Shown here: positions 1 to 8,764 of the stretch, in pieces
How positions within the stretch are numbered: the first letter of the stretch is position 1
Layout of the letters: each line of letters opens with the position of its first letter
From: Spirochaetia bacterium
Lineage (GTDB): Bacteria > Spirochaetota > UBA4802 > UBA5550
Assembly: GCA_009885955.1 (NCBI GenBank)
Contig: VFJS01000042.1
Span: forward strand, 4,623 to 68,622
Direction: 5' to 3'
DNA: 64,000 nucleotides
Notes under the pieces: generated by a model
What the model was told of the DNA's origin: nothing
What the model saw: only the letters and a program-made list of their open reading frames with translations
Database searches by the model: none
Made by a program: the position numbers and the translations under genes

Positions 1-2
1 TA

Positions 3-458
3 TTACTCGGGATAAATTTTTTATATTCAGCCCTATCCGTAGAGAAGAAGGTCAGGGAATTGCTCGCTTCCAAAGACAATGTGAGCCAGAATTTCAAGAA
101 GGCCTATATTTTATTAAGGGACCCGCAGATTTTTGCCAGGCATGAATACTTTGATACCGAACAGGACCTCCACTCCGCATATAAGAGCGCAATTGAGTTA
201 AAACTTGAAAAAAAGGAGGACCTTGATAAAATAATAGGGAGCACATACCCGGGCAGGACAGTAAGGGAGGCGCTGAGATATTTTGACAACAAGGTCTATT
301 ATGGGAAGGAAATCACCTCCGATGAAAAGAGATACCTGGAAGTTCTCCTTGACAGAAGGTATAAAGGCGCAAGGCTTGGAAGAAATACGATGATTTTCAT
401 ACTCCTCCTGTCTGCAGTCAGCGCCTGTCTCTTTTTTGTTGAAAGAAAGATAAGCTGA
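3..458 (+). CDS. hypothetical protein, 5'-truncated at the window edge; C-terminal hydrophobic anchor
   Basis: The frame is open from base 3 and the track's M at 60 is a TTG codon. A C-terminal TM-like stretch (MIFILLLSAVSACLFFV) is present. No recognisable family. Confidence 0.35.
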   Translation, partial: LLGINFLYSALSVEKKVRELLASKDNVSQNFKKAYILLRDPQIFARHEYFDTEQDLHSAYKSAIELKLEKKEDLDKIIGSTYPGRTVREALRYFDNKVYYGKEITSDEKRYLEVLLDRRYKGARLGRNTMIFILLLSAVSACLFFVERKIS

Positions 459-675
459 CTGCGATTATACAGGATTAACCTGATAATCTTAATGTAACGT
501 CCCCTGAAAAAACATTTTTTTCTCTGCACGCGGGAACAACGGGATTGCTGAAAAAGGCATCCTGTTATTCTGCTGATTTCTGATAACGTACCTCCTCACT
601 ACTATGGAAAGAAGCCCCTTTTAGCAGAATTGCCTCCTTTTATTTTACAAGGTCCCCTTATATATATAAAAATTG

Positions 676-704
676 TTGATATTTTAATCAGTGAACTTTA
701 TACT
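676..704 (+). promoter_or_regulatory. sigma70-like promoter (TTGATA, 17-nt spacer, TATACT) upstream of the receiver-PP2C gene
   Basis: A -35 TTGATA at 676-681 and a -10 TATACT at 699-704, 28 nt before the ATG at 733. Confidence 0.35.
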
Positions 705-732
705 GATATTATCATAAGGATAATTTGTAAAA

Positions 733-1836
733 ATGGCCAAAAGGATAATGCTCATCGATGATGAGGAATCTGTACGGAATATCATGGAAAAGATCCTTGT
801 GCGCTCGGGATATACGGTATTTACCGCACAGAATGGAGTTGATGCCCTGAAGAAGCTGAAAGATCATGAAATCGATCTCATCATGCTCGATATGAATATG
901 CCTCAGATGAACGGAATCGAATTTCTCAAGTTCTACAGGATGGAGTTCAGGAGGGAAATTCCGGTGCTCATGGTCACGGGAAATACCGACCAGGAATTGA
1001 GGCTCCAGTGCTACAATCTGGGTGTTTACGACTTCATTGGAAAACCCGAAGACACCGAGGTAATGCTTAAAAGGATTGAGAACGGCCTGAAAATCGGGGA
1101 AATGATAAAGTATAACCGTTCTGTAAGATCCGATCTCATGACTGCAAACAAACTCCAGCGGTACCTCTATCCCCCGCAGTGGGCGGAAATGGACAGGGCC
1201 GAGATTTTCGCCTGGTTCAGGCCCGTAGCAGACATAGGCGGTGACCTCTATGATTATGTTATGCTGGAAGACGGCCGGGTGATATTCTTCGTCTGTGATG
1301 TATCAGGCCACGGCATATCAGCAGCCCTTTTCACAATGCTGGTTAAGATGATATTCCGAAGGGCGCTCGGCAGCACAACATCGCCCGGTGAAATTATGAC
1401 AATTCTGAATAACGAGATTTCAGGGAATATCCCTGTGGAGTCATTTATAACCATGTTCTGCGGATGCTTTGATCCCGTGAACATGACTGTTGAGTATTCA
1501 AACGCCGGGCATCCCATGCCCTTTCTTCTGATGGATGATTCTGTTGATGAGCTCCAGGGGAACGGGCCGTTCCTGGGGCCGATAAAAAATGTGAAATTCA
1601 TAACATACATGAGAGAGGTGGAAAACAGCAGGGCGCTGATTGTTTTCTCCGACGGTGTCATGGATATTACTGATGATAATGATGATGAAAAAATCGGCAA
1701 GAGGCTCCTCCTTGAGGGGCTGGGCGCAAAAAATCTCTCTTTCAAGGATAAGTTCGCGAAGATGAAATATAATCTCACCAGGGATAAGGTCAGAATCAAC
1801 GACGACAGCTCGGTTCTTGTTTTATTCTTCAAGTAG
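733..1836 (+). CDS. response-regulator receiver fused to a PP2C-type (SpoIIE/RsbU-like) serine phosphatase
   Basis: N-terminal REC signature (LIDDEESVR...DLIMLDMNMPQMNG...KP). The C-terminal half has PP2C motifs (IGGDLYDY, FFVCDVSGHGISAAL, FSDGV). Confidence 0.85.
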   Translation: MAKRIMLIDDEESVRNIMEKILVRSGYTVFTAQNGVDALKKLKDHEIDLIMLDMNMPQMNGIEFLKFYRMEFRREIPVLMVTGNTDQELRLQCYNLGVYDFIGKPEDTEVMLKRIENGLKIGEMIKYNRSVRSDLMTANKLQRYLYPPQWAEMDRAEIFAWFRPVADIGGDLYDYVMLEDGRVIFFVCDVSGHGISAALFTMLVKMIFRRALGSTTSPGEIMTILNNEISGNIPVESFITMFCGCFDPVNMTVEYSNAGHPMPFLLMDDSVDELQGNGPFLGPIKNVKFITYMREVENSRALIVFSDGVMDITDDNDDEKIGKRLLLEGLGAKNLSFKDKFAKMKYNLTRDKVRINDDSSVLVLFFK

Positions 1837-1893
1837 TACCCCGGCCCGGACTTCTCACCGGTGAAAATATCATCGCCCCGTATTTCAGGACTT

Positions 1894-2844
1894 TTATTTT
1901 ACCGACAGGAAACCACCGAAGACCCAGCCGGTTTTATGCTTCCACCTGACCCTGCTCCATCTCCCTGTTGTGCCCGAGATTGTAACTTCGTCACCGCTGA
2001 CTTCAAGGAGTTCCACCATGCCGCCTTCCGGTATAAGGTCAATTTTTGTTCCGTTCAAATCAGGTGATTCCCTGAGCCTGAGCCCTCCTTTTGATGTGAC
2101 TACCCTGGATTTCTCCATCGCGGCGTTGTCATGGGTGAGGTCAACCTCCGGGGAGTTTCCCTGCCGGAGGTCGAGCTCTGCAAGTTTTATCTTTCCGAGT
2201 TCCGAATATATCCCGTTTCCGTTTTTGAGCCTGGTGAGGATCTCCCTTGCGGTATCGAAGTCCTTCACCGAGGATGAATTATCGGCCATGATAAACGAGG
2301 CCTCCTCGTAGGCGCAGGCTTCGGGAATCATTTTTTCATCAGTCACAAAGCCGCCCTGAACCCATTTATCCTCGATCCATTTTTTTGTCCCGGTCCCGGT
2401 GTAGATATTGCCGAAGAATATCCGCGTCCAGTTCGCCTTTTCCTCGACTATAAAACCCAGGGCACCCATGGGTATTGTGAAGGATGATTCGCTGCCGGCG
2501 CTGTTCTTCACGTAGGATTTTGTTTCTTCCGTGAAGATTGCGGGCTTCTCCGCCAGGAATTCGGATTTAAGAAAGCCGAGCCTGTCTCCGGAGAGCCTTA
2601 TTCTGGAGACATCAATCTCCCTTTTGTTTATGGAAACCTTTTCAAAGCCCAGAAGGTCAACAGGCTCACCCTTGGATACAGACGTTAAGACTTTTTTCAG
2701 TTCCCTGTCGCCATAGGCGCCGGTCTTGAACCGGGCATATTTTTTTGTCATTGCTCCTTCGTCCCTGATTGTTTCAGGCTCCTTTTTGCACCCTCCGGCT
2801 GTTAGTATCCATGTGATTGCAGTTAATAATAAAAATATTTTCAT
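1894..2844 (-). CDS. lipoprotein with C-terminal bacterial SH3 (SH3b)-like domain
   Basis: Signal peptide plus lipobox (LTAGGC). The C-terminus (GGLRLRESPDLNGTKIDLIPEGGMVELLEV...GRWSRVRWKHKTGWVFGGFL) resembles SH3_3. Confidence 0.55.
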   Translation of the reverse strand: MKIFLLLTAITWILTAGGCKKEPETIRDEGAMTKKYARFKTGAYGDRELKKVLTSVSKGEPVDLLGFEKVSINKREIDVSRIRLSGDRLGFLKSEFLAEKPAIFTEETKSYVKNSAGSESSFTIPMGALGFIVEEKANWTRIFFGNIYTGTGTKKWIEDKWVQGGFVTDEKMIPEACAYEEASFIMADNSSSVKDFDTAREILTRLKNGNGIYSELGKIKLAELDLRQGNSPEVDLTHDNAAMEKSRVVTSKGGLRLRESPDLNGTKIDLIPEGGMVELLEVSGDEVTISGTTGRWSRVRWKHKTGWVFGGFLSVK

Positions 2845-3309
2845 ACATTCTCCGGTGATGTATTGGCTTTAATATAATGACAGCCGATGGGACAGCCGGC
2901 ACTTTTTTAAATGTAACGACTATTTTTCATATGTATTTCATTTTCTGCTGTGTTAATCCGTGTAAATCTGCGGGCAAATTAATTTTTCCAACTTTGTATT
3001 TACCCATGAACAGTATCCCGATTATATCCTGAGAGTCAATAATTTTTAACGGAAGGTGAGCATGATAATATTTTATTGTTGGAGATATAGCAGGCTCATA
3101 CAATTGTTTTCATTTCCCATTAAATCAGTAGGATTCGTTATCAACCCTGATCCCGCAGCCGATTCAGAAAGAATGATTGGATGTAATAAACAAATCTTTT
3201 ATATCAGATTTTATCAATTTTATATTGACAATATTAAAATTTGGTATTAATAATAATTAATCATCTTTTAATTTTATCATAATATATAATTTTTTAATGG
3301 AGCAGCCCC

Positions 3310-5448
3310 ATGGGTGACAATGAAATAAGGCAGGCGTTTTTAACCGAAGCTAAGGAAATTATTGAAAATCTTGAATCGGACATAGTCCAGCTTGAGGAAA
3401 ATGCCGGCGACAGGGAGATTATTAACAGGATATTCCGCTATTTTCATACCCTGAAGGGGAGCTCCGGGATAGCCGGGTTTACCGAGGTTTATGAATTTTC
3501 CCATAAAATTGAAAACCTCCTGGACGCAGTCAGGGGCGGTAAAATTGAGGTTACTGACAGCCTTATTGACCTAATCCTTGACAGCATGGACTGGATACGG
3601 GACTCAATTTTCACCGAGGGGGAAGGCGATGCGGCCATGAATGAGAGGAAATCCATCCTCCTTGGTAAAGTTGGAGAATTCAAAAAGCCCGATGCCTCAG
3701 TTGAAAAACCATTAAAATCCGAAGATGCGGCCAAAGCCCGGGCGGCTGCGCATGAAAAGGAAGATGCCGCGAATAAATACAAGTATTACAGGGTCAGGGC
3801 ATCGTTCATTGAAAAGATTTTTGAATTCGGTATCGATCCGCTCATGGTCATGGAGGACCTGGCCTCGCATGGCCCTATCATAAAAAATATTGTTGATAAA
3901 CAGAACCTTCCCGAATTTGAAGGAATCGATCCTGAAAAGTGCTACCTTTCCTGGGATATCATCATAAAATCAAAATCGGCCCTGAACCAGATAAACGATG
4001 TCTTCATTTTTGTGAAGGATGAAAACAAGATAACCGTGGAGGATGTTACTTCGCAGTACATGAGTGAGGAGAAGCTGCATGCCCCTGTATACGAAAAGAA
4101 GTTAGGCGAAATTATGCTCGAAAGCGGCATTATCAGCGAAAATGAGCTCGATGAGGCCATCGCCCTTCAGAATGTTGAGGGAAAGAGGTTCGGCGATATT
4201 ATTGTAAACAAGGGTTTTGCCTCGGAAGAGGAGGTGGAACACGCCATAAAAGAGCAGGCTATCTTAAAGAAGAAAGTTGAAAACACTACCGTGAGAGTGG
4301 ATACGGTCAGACTCGACAACATACTTAACCTCCTGGGTGAAATTGTCATAGGCCAGTCCTCTCTTTCGAGGATCGCCCATGAGATGGAGAATGATTACGG
4401 GACTCAGCTGAAAAATATCATCTACGGCCTGGACAGGACCACCAGGGAATTCCAGGAGCAGATAATGTCCATCAGGATGATCCCCATTGGCCCCACCTTC
4501 AACCAGTTCCGGAGATTTGTTCGGGACATCGCCCATTCCCTCCATAAGGAGATGAAGTTTGTCCTTGAAGGCGAGGAGACGGAGCTCGATAAAACCGTTA
4601 TTGAAAGGATAGATGACCCGTTGAAGCACATGATACGGAACTCCATCGACCATGGGATAGAGCAACCCGAGGAGAGGGTGAAGGCCGGGAAGGACCCTGC
4701 CGGAACAATAACGCTCAAGGCCTACCACCAGGAGGGGAATGTCTTCATAGAAGTCAATGACGACGGCAAGGGGATCGACGAGGAGAGGGTCAGGGAAAAG
4801 GCCATATCAATGAACCTCATAAAGCCCGACGAGGAGGCATCAAGGGAGAAGCTGCTCTCCTTCCTGTTCATGCCCGGCTTTTCGACGGCAAAGAAGGTGG
4901 GCGACCTTTCGGGCAGGGGCGTGGGCATGGATGTTGTGAAGACGAACATCGAAAGCCTCAGGGGCTCAGTGGAGATCAGGTCCGAGAAGGGGAGGGGTTC
5001 ATCGGTAAAAATTAAACTTCCCCTCACCCTCGCCATCATTGACGGCATGCTTACAAAGACTGGAAACAATACCTATATCATCCCGCTCCTCTCTGTCATG
5101 GAAACCATACGGCCTGCACGGGAGGACATTAAGACTATAGAAGGTAAGGGCGAAGTGGTGTCATACAGGGGCGAGTACCTCTCCCTCATACGGCTGTATG
5201 AAATTTTCAATATAAAGCCCAGGTACGAGAACCCGTGGGAGGCCCTTGTAGTCATTGTGGAATCCGGAAGGACGAAGGTTGGACTCCTGATAGACGACAT
5301 GATCGGCCAGCAGCAGATTGTAATCAAGAGCCTGGACAACTATATAACACAGAGCAGGGCCGTATCCGGCGCTTCAATTCTCGGAGACGGAAAGGTGGCT
5401 CTGATCATTGACATTTTCGGCCTTATGGAAGATGTCGTGAGCGCTTAG
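3310..5448 (+). CDS. cheA: chemotaxis histidine kinase CheA with an inserted tandem MshEN/GSPII_E_N-like segment
   Basis: Hpt motif HTLKGSSG, dimerisation/HATPase motifs (DHGIE, GRGVGMDVV) and a C-terminal CheW-like domain. An SD (GGAG) lies 8 nt upstream. The inserted segment is at aa 264-316 (see findings). Confidence 0.95.
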   Translation: MGDNEIRQAFLTEAKEIIENLESDIVQLEENAGDREIINRIFRYFHTLKGSSGIAGFTEVYEFSHKIENLLDAVRGGKIEVTDSLIDLILDSMDWIRDSIFTEGEGDAAMNERKSILLGKVGEFKKPDASVEKPLKSEDAAKARAAAHEKEDAANKYKYYRVRASFIEKIFEFGIDPLMVMEDLASHGPIIKNIVDKQNLPEFEGIDPEKCYLSWDIIIKSKSALNQINDVFIFVKDENKITVEDVTSQYMSEEKLHAPVYEKKLGEIMLESGIISENELDEAIALQNVEGKRFGDIIVNKGFASEEEVEHAIKEQAILKKKVENTTVRVDTVRLDNILNLLGEIVIGQSSLSRIAHEMENDYGTQLKNIIYGLDRTTREFQEQIMSIRMIPIGPTFNQFRRFVRDIAHSLHKEMKFVLEGEETELDKTVIERIDDPLKHMIRNSIDHGIEQPEERVKAGKDPAGTITLKAYHQEGNVFIEVNDDGKGIDEERVREKAISMNLIKPDEEASREKLLSFLFMPGFSTAKKVGDLSGRGVGMDVVKTNIESLRGSVEIRSEKGRGSSVKIKLPLTLAIIDGMLTKTGNNTYIIPLLSVMETIRPAREDIKTIEGKGEVVSYRGEYLSLIRLYEIFNIKPRYENPWEALVVIVESGRTKVGLLIDDMIGQQQIVIKSLDNYITQSRAVSGASILGDGKVALIIDIFGLMEDVVSA

Positions 5449-5467
5449 GTATAAAAGGAGACTATCC

Positions 5468-5716
5468 ATGATAATTGAAGAGGAAATTTTCGGAATAAAG
5501 CATGTACGCAAATTCTACGGAAATCTGAAGGAAGAATACAAAAGCGGGATTGAATTAATCATCGATTTCAAGAGCGTGAAGAGGGTGGATCTCTCAATAG
5601 TCCAGGTTCTCACCGCTGTCGTACGGATGGCCAGGAAGGACGGCAGGGTTGTGAAGTTCAAATCTCTTTCGGAAGATGTAAAAAATCAGATGATCTTGTG
5701 CGGATTGAAGATCTGA
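5468..5716 (+). CDS. STAS-domain protein (anti-sigma-factor-antagonist-like) inside the che operon
   Basis: 82 aa; the VDLSIVQVLTAV segment resembles the STAS core. A strong SD (AAAAGGAG) precedes the ATG. Confidence 0.55.
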   Translation: MIIEEEIFGIKHVRKFYGNLKEEYKSGIELIIDFKSVKRVDLSIVQVLTAVVRMARKDGRVVKFKSLSEDVKNQMILCGLKI

Positions 5717-5750
5717 TGATCGATATAATGATACTATATTGGAGGTTTTG

Positions 5751-6125
5751 ATGGGGAAGTATATAATGATAATTGATGATTCGCCTACCATAAGGATTAG
5801 CGTTGAATTCGCTATAAAAAATATGGGATACGATATTCAACAGGCGGAGAACGGCGTTGACGCCCTGGAAAAAATCAAAACGATCATAAGCAAGGGGAAC
5901 GAAATATCACTCTGTATCTCCGATATCAACATGCCCCAGATGGATGGAATTACCTTCATCAAGGAGTTCAGGAAAACTGATAAATTTACCCCGGTTATCA
6001 TTCTCACTACGGAATCGGAGGATAACAAGATTAATCAGGGGAAGGAGGCAGGGGCCTCGGGATGGATTATCAAGCCCTTTCAGCCTGCGGAACTCGTCAA
6101 CGTGGTAAAAAAGTTTTTGAAATAG
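5751..6125 (+). CDS. cheY: chemotaxis response regulator CheY
   Basis: REC motifs (IMIIDDSPT, ISDINMPQMDG, TTESE, KPF). Start moved from the track's TTG at 5739 to the ATG at 5751, which has GGAGG 5 nt upstream. Confidence 0.9.
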   Translation: MGKYIMIIDDSPTIRISVEFAIKNMGYDIQQAENGVDALEKIKTIISKGNEISLCISDINMPQMDGITFIKEFRKTDKFTPVIILTTESEDNKINQGKEAGASGWIIKPFQPAELVNVVKKFLK

Positions 6126-6134
6126 GGAGCTTGT

Positions 6135-6638
6135 ATGTCAAAGGCAATAGAAAAAGAATTCGTCGGCAGCAGGATGGCCGACGAGCAGCAGTTCGTCACA
6201 TTTTTTATAGACGGGGATACTTTCGGCATCCAGGCCGGCAAGGTGCAGGAGATCATTGGAATGACAGAGATCACCTATGTCCCCAGAACCCTGTCATACC
6301 TCAAAGGGGTCATCAACCTCAGGGGGGCGGTTGTACCGGTAATCGACATGAGGGCGAAGTTCAGGATTGAGGAGATTGCCTATGTCAGCACCACGGTCAT
6401 CATAATTGTCGAGGTGGAAAGCAGGCTCATAGGCCTCATCGTCGATTCGGTTTCTGATGTACTGAATATTCCGGTAAAGGGGATAAATGAAACGCCGCAC
6501 TTCAGCTCAAGGATCGAAACCGACATTATCGAAAGCATAGGGCAGGTGAACGATAACCTCATAATCATCATAAATGTTGAAATGATAATAACCCAGCGTG
6601 AATTTGAAGAGGTCAAATATTCCGGTAAAAGGGTATGA
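6135..6638 (+). CDS. cheW: chemotaxis coupling protein CheW
   Basis: CheW-like domain (FVTFFIDGDTFGIQAGKVQEI...YLKGVINLRGAVVPVIDMR). SD GGGAG present. Confidence 0.9.
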   Translation: MSKAIEKEFVGSRMADEQQFVTFFIDGDTFGIQAGKVQEIIGMTEITYVPRTLSYLKGVINLRGAVVPVIDMRAKFRIEEIAYVSTTVIIIVEVESRLIGLIVDSVSDVLNIPVKGINETPHFSSRIETDIIESIGQVNDNLIIIINVEMIITQREFEEVKYSGKRV

Positions 6639-6668
6639 TCCGGTGAATATACACAATAAATTTTCAGG

Positions 6669-7268
6669 ATGGCTTTCATGATCAAGAGTGAAAGCAGCAA
6701 GTTCGGCAAACCATTATATATTCTCTATCCCGGCGATTATTTTGCATCGAAGGATGACTGCATCATAGGGACCATAACCGGAACGTGCATTGTAATCTGT
6801 CTCTATGACCCACAGAGGGGCATAGGCGGCATGGGGCATTTTATCGTGCCCGGGTCAATAGGCACTTCGGGGATTATATCCGATGAAATCGCGAGCAGCG
6901 GGGTAACGAGCATAGAATATCTCCTGGGCGAAATTGTGAAGCTCGGCGGTGACCGGCGGTTTCTCAGGGCCAAGGTTTTCGGCGCCGGGTATTTGAATTC
7001 GGGCAAGGCTGAGGAGATAAAACTTTCAGACAGCAATATAAGGTTTATCAATGAATATTTTCTCATTGAAAACATTTCCGTGGAAAGGAGCGACCTGGGC
7101 GGTGATTTCAGGAGAAGGATTTATTTTTCCGTGAAGGACGGCGTGATATACCGGCAGATTCTCCAGAATAATGAAGAATCATCGGAATTTATAAAGCTTG
7201 AACAGGAATATGTGGATATCCAGTTCAGGAACAAGAAAAAGAGCGGCCGGATTATTTTATTTGAGTAG
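6669..7268 (+). CDS. cheD: chemoreceptor glutamine deamidase CheD
   Basis: CheD signature (GTITGTCIVICLYDP...GMGHFIVPG). Confidence 0.85.
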   Translation: MAFMIKSESSKFGKPLYILYPGDYFASKDDCIIGTITGTCIVICLYDPQRGIGGMGHFIVPGSIGTSGIISDEIASSGVTSIEYLLGEIVKLGGDRRFLRAKVFGAGYLNSGKAEEIKLSDSNIRFINEYFLIENISVERSDLGGDFRRRIYFSVKDGVIYRQILQNNEESSEFIKLEQEYVDIQFRNKKKSGRIILFE

Positions 7269-7285
7269 ATGGCAACAGGGATTTC

Positions 7286-8116
7286 ATGATTTTAATCGAG
7301 CTTGGCGATGAGGAGTTTTTAAAATTCAAGGAGTTGATTTATTCCGAGGCGGGGATCAAGCTTTCGGATATGAAAAAGGCCCTTGTCCAGGCAAGGCTCT
7401 CAATGAGGGTAAGGACCCTGGGGCTTAATTCATACAGGGAATATTATGAATACCTCATGAGTAATTACGATTCCGAAAAAATAGATTTTATCAATTCCAT
7501 CACAACCAATAAAACAGAATTTTTCAGGGAAAACAAGCATTTCGAATACATCAAGGAAATATATCTTCCTGAACTCCTCAGTACAAAAGCCTCCAATATC
7601 AGGTTCTGGTGCGCGGGGTGTTCCACAGGAGAGGAGCCCTATTCCCTGGCAATCACGCTCTTCCAATATTTCGGGAAAACAAAATTTCCCGATATCAAAA
7701 TCCTGGCTACTGACATCGATACGAATGTCCTGGAATTTGCCAGGAACGGGATCTACGGCATCAACCAGACGGAAAAGATTGACCCCGCAATTCTGAAAAA
7801 TTATTTTGATAAAGGAAAAGGGGAACAGGATGGGTTTTTCAAGGTAAAGGATTTCGTGAAGGAGAAAATTTCTTTCAGGAGGATGAACCTGCTCGACCAG
7901 GAATATCCGATGAAAAAGGAATTCGATATAATTTTCTGCAGAAATGTTATTATCTATTTTGACAAGGAGACCCAGAAGGAGCTTTTCAAAAAATATTACA
8001 AGTATCTGGCAAGTTGGGGAAGGCTCTTTATAGGGCATTCTGAGAATATTATGAATGTCACAAACCTTTTCTCCCTGGTGGGAAATACGATCTACAGGAA
8101 AAATACCAGCGTTTGA
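7286..8116 (+). CDS. cheR: chemotaxis methyltransferase CheR
   Basis: CheR N-terminal domain plus SAM-methyltransferase motifs (TEFFRE, RFWCAGCSTGEEPYSLAI). Confidence 0.9.
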   Translation: MILIELGDEEFLKFKELIYSEAGIKLSDMKKALVQARLSMRVRTLGLNSYREYYEYLMSNYDSEKIDFINSITTNKTEFFRENKHFEYIKEIYLPELLSTKASNIRFWCAGCSTGEEPYSLAITLFQYFGKTKFPDIKILATDIDTNVLEFARNGIYGINQTEKIDPAILKNYFDKGKGEQDGFFKVKDFVKEKISFRRMNLLDQEYPMKKEFDIIFCRNVIIYFDKETQKELFKKYYKYLASWGRLFIGHSENIMNVTNLFSLVGNTIYRKNTSV

Positions 8117-8145
8117 AAAAAGCTGAGAAAATTTTGCCACAGAGG

Positions 8146-8180
8146 CACGGAGACACACTCTGAGCCTCTGTGTCTCCGTG
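8146..8180. promoter_or_regulatory. perfect 12-bp GC-rich stem-loop (CACGGAGACACA / TGTGTCTCCGTG, 11-nt loop) between cheR and the second cheD; no U-tract
   Basis: The inverted repeat is read directly from the sequence. It is intra-operonic, so it is not a canonical terminator. Confidence 0.5.
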
Positions 8181-8206
8181 GCTGATTATTGAGAAAGGAG
8201 AAGGAT

Positions 8207-8764
8207 ATGTACATAAGGCACAGCAGTAAATTTAACAAGGAAACTAAAATTATTAATCCCGGGGAATTTTATGTTTCCGATAAAGATGAACTCATCGGGA
8301 CTCTCCTGGGGTCATGCATTTCAGTCTGCCTCCATGACCCGGTGAATAAAATTTCCGGCATGAACCACTTTATGCTGCCGGGGAAAATATCATCGAGTGA
8401 TATTTTCCAGGATAAGTCCGCAAGATATGGTATAACCGCCATCAACCAGCTTATGTCCGCTATGATAAATATTGGAGCCGGAAGGAAAAACTTTACGGCT
8501 AAGATTTTCGGCGGTGGGCATGTCCTTGACACGAACAATAATATCACCATACCATCGGAAAACACAAGGCTTGCCATGGTCATGATGGAATTCGAGGACA
8601 TCCATATAGAAAAAAGCGACGTCGGGGACATATACACCAGGAAGCTCCTCATGGATGTCATGACCGGCAAGGTCTATCTGAAGAAGACCACAAGGCAGGA
8701 GGTCCTTGAATCTATTGTTCAGAAGGAGACTGAATTCGCCAAGAGAAGTTTCGCAGGTGGATAA
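8207..8764 (+). CDS. cheD: second CheD paralogue
   Basis: CheD signature (GTLLGSCISVCLHDP...GMNHFMLPG). Start moved from the track's TTG at 8189 to ATG 8207, which has AAGGAG 6 nt upstream. Confidence 0.85.
   Translation: MYIRHSSKFNKETKIINPGEFYVSDKDELIGTLLGSCISVCLHDPVNKISGMNHFMLPGKISSSDIFQDKSARYGITAINQLMSAMINIGAGRKNFTAKIFGGGHVLDTNNNITIPSENTRLAMVMMEFEDIHIEKSDVGDIYTRKLLMDVMTGKVYLKKTTRQEVLESIVQKETEFAKRSFAGG

Noticed and set aside
2871-2895. sigma-28-like GCCGAT motif upstream of cheA
   Set aside because: Spacing to the nearest TAAA-like element is about 11 nt instead of about 15, and it lies more than 400 nt from the cheA start. More likely chance.
4264-4728. 154-aa antisense ORF inside cheA (and similar antisense ORFs at 3489..3782, 4722..5069, 5073..5339)
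   Set aside because: Fully embedded opposite a very well-supported gene. No RBS and no recognisable motifs. This is typical out-of-frame noise in GC-moderate coding DNA.
5739-5750. Track start codons that are TTG (5739, 8189, 15326, 46391, 60, 21462)
   Set aside because: In each case except 21462 a downstream in-frame ATG with a proper SD (or, for 60, an ORF continuing off the window) fits better. 21462 is kept but flagged.
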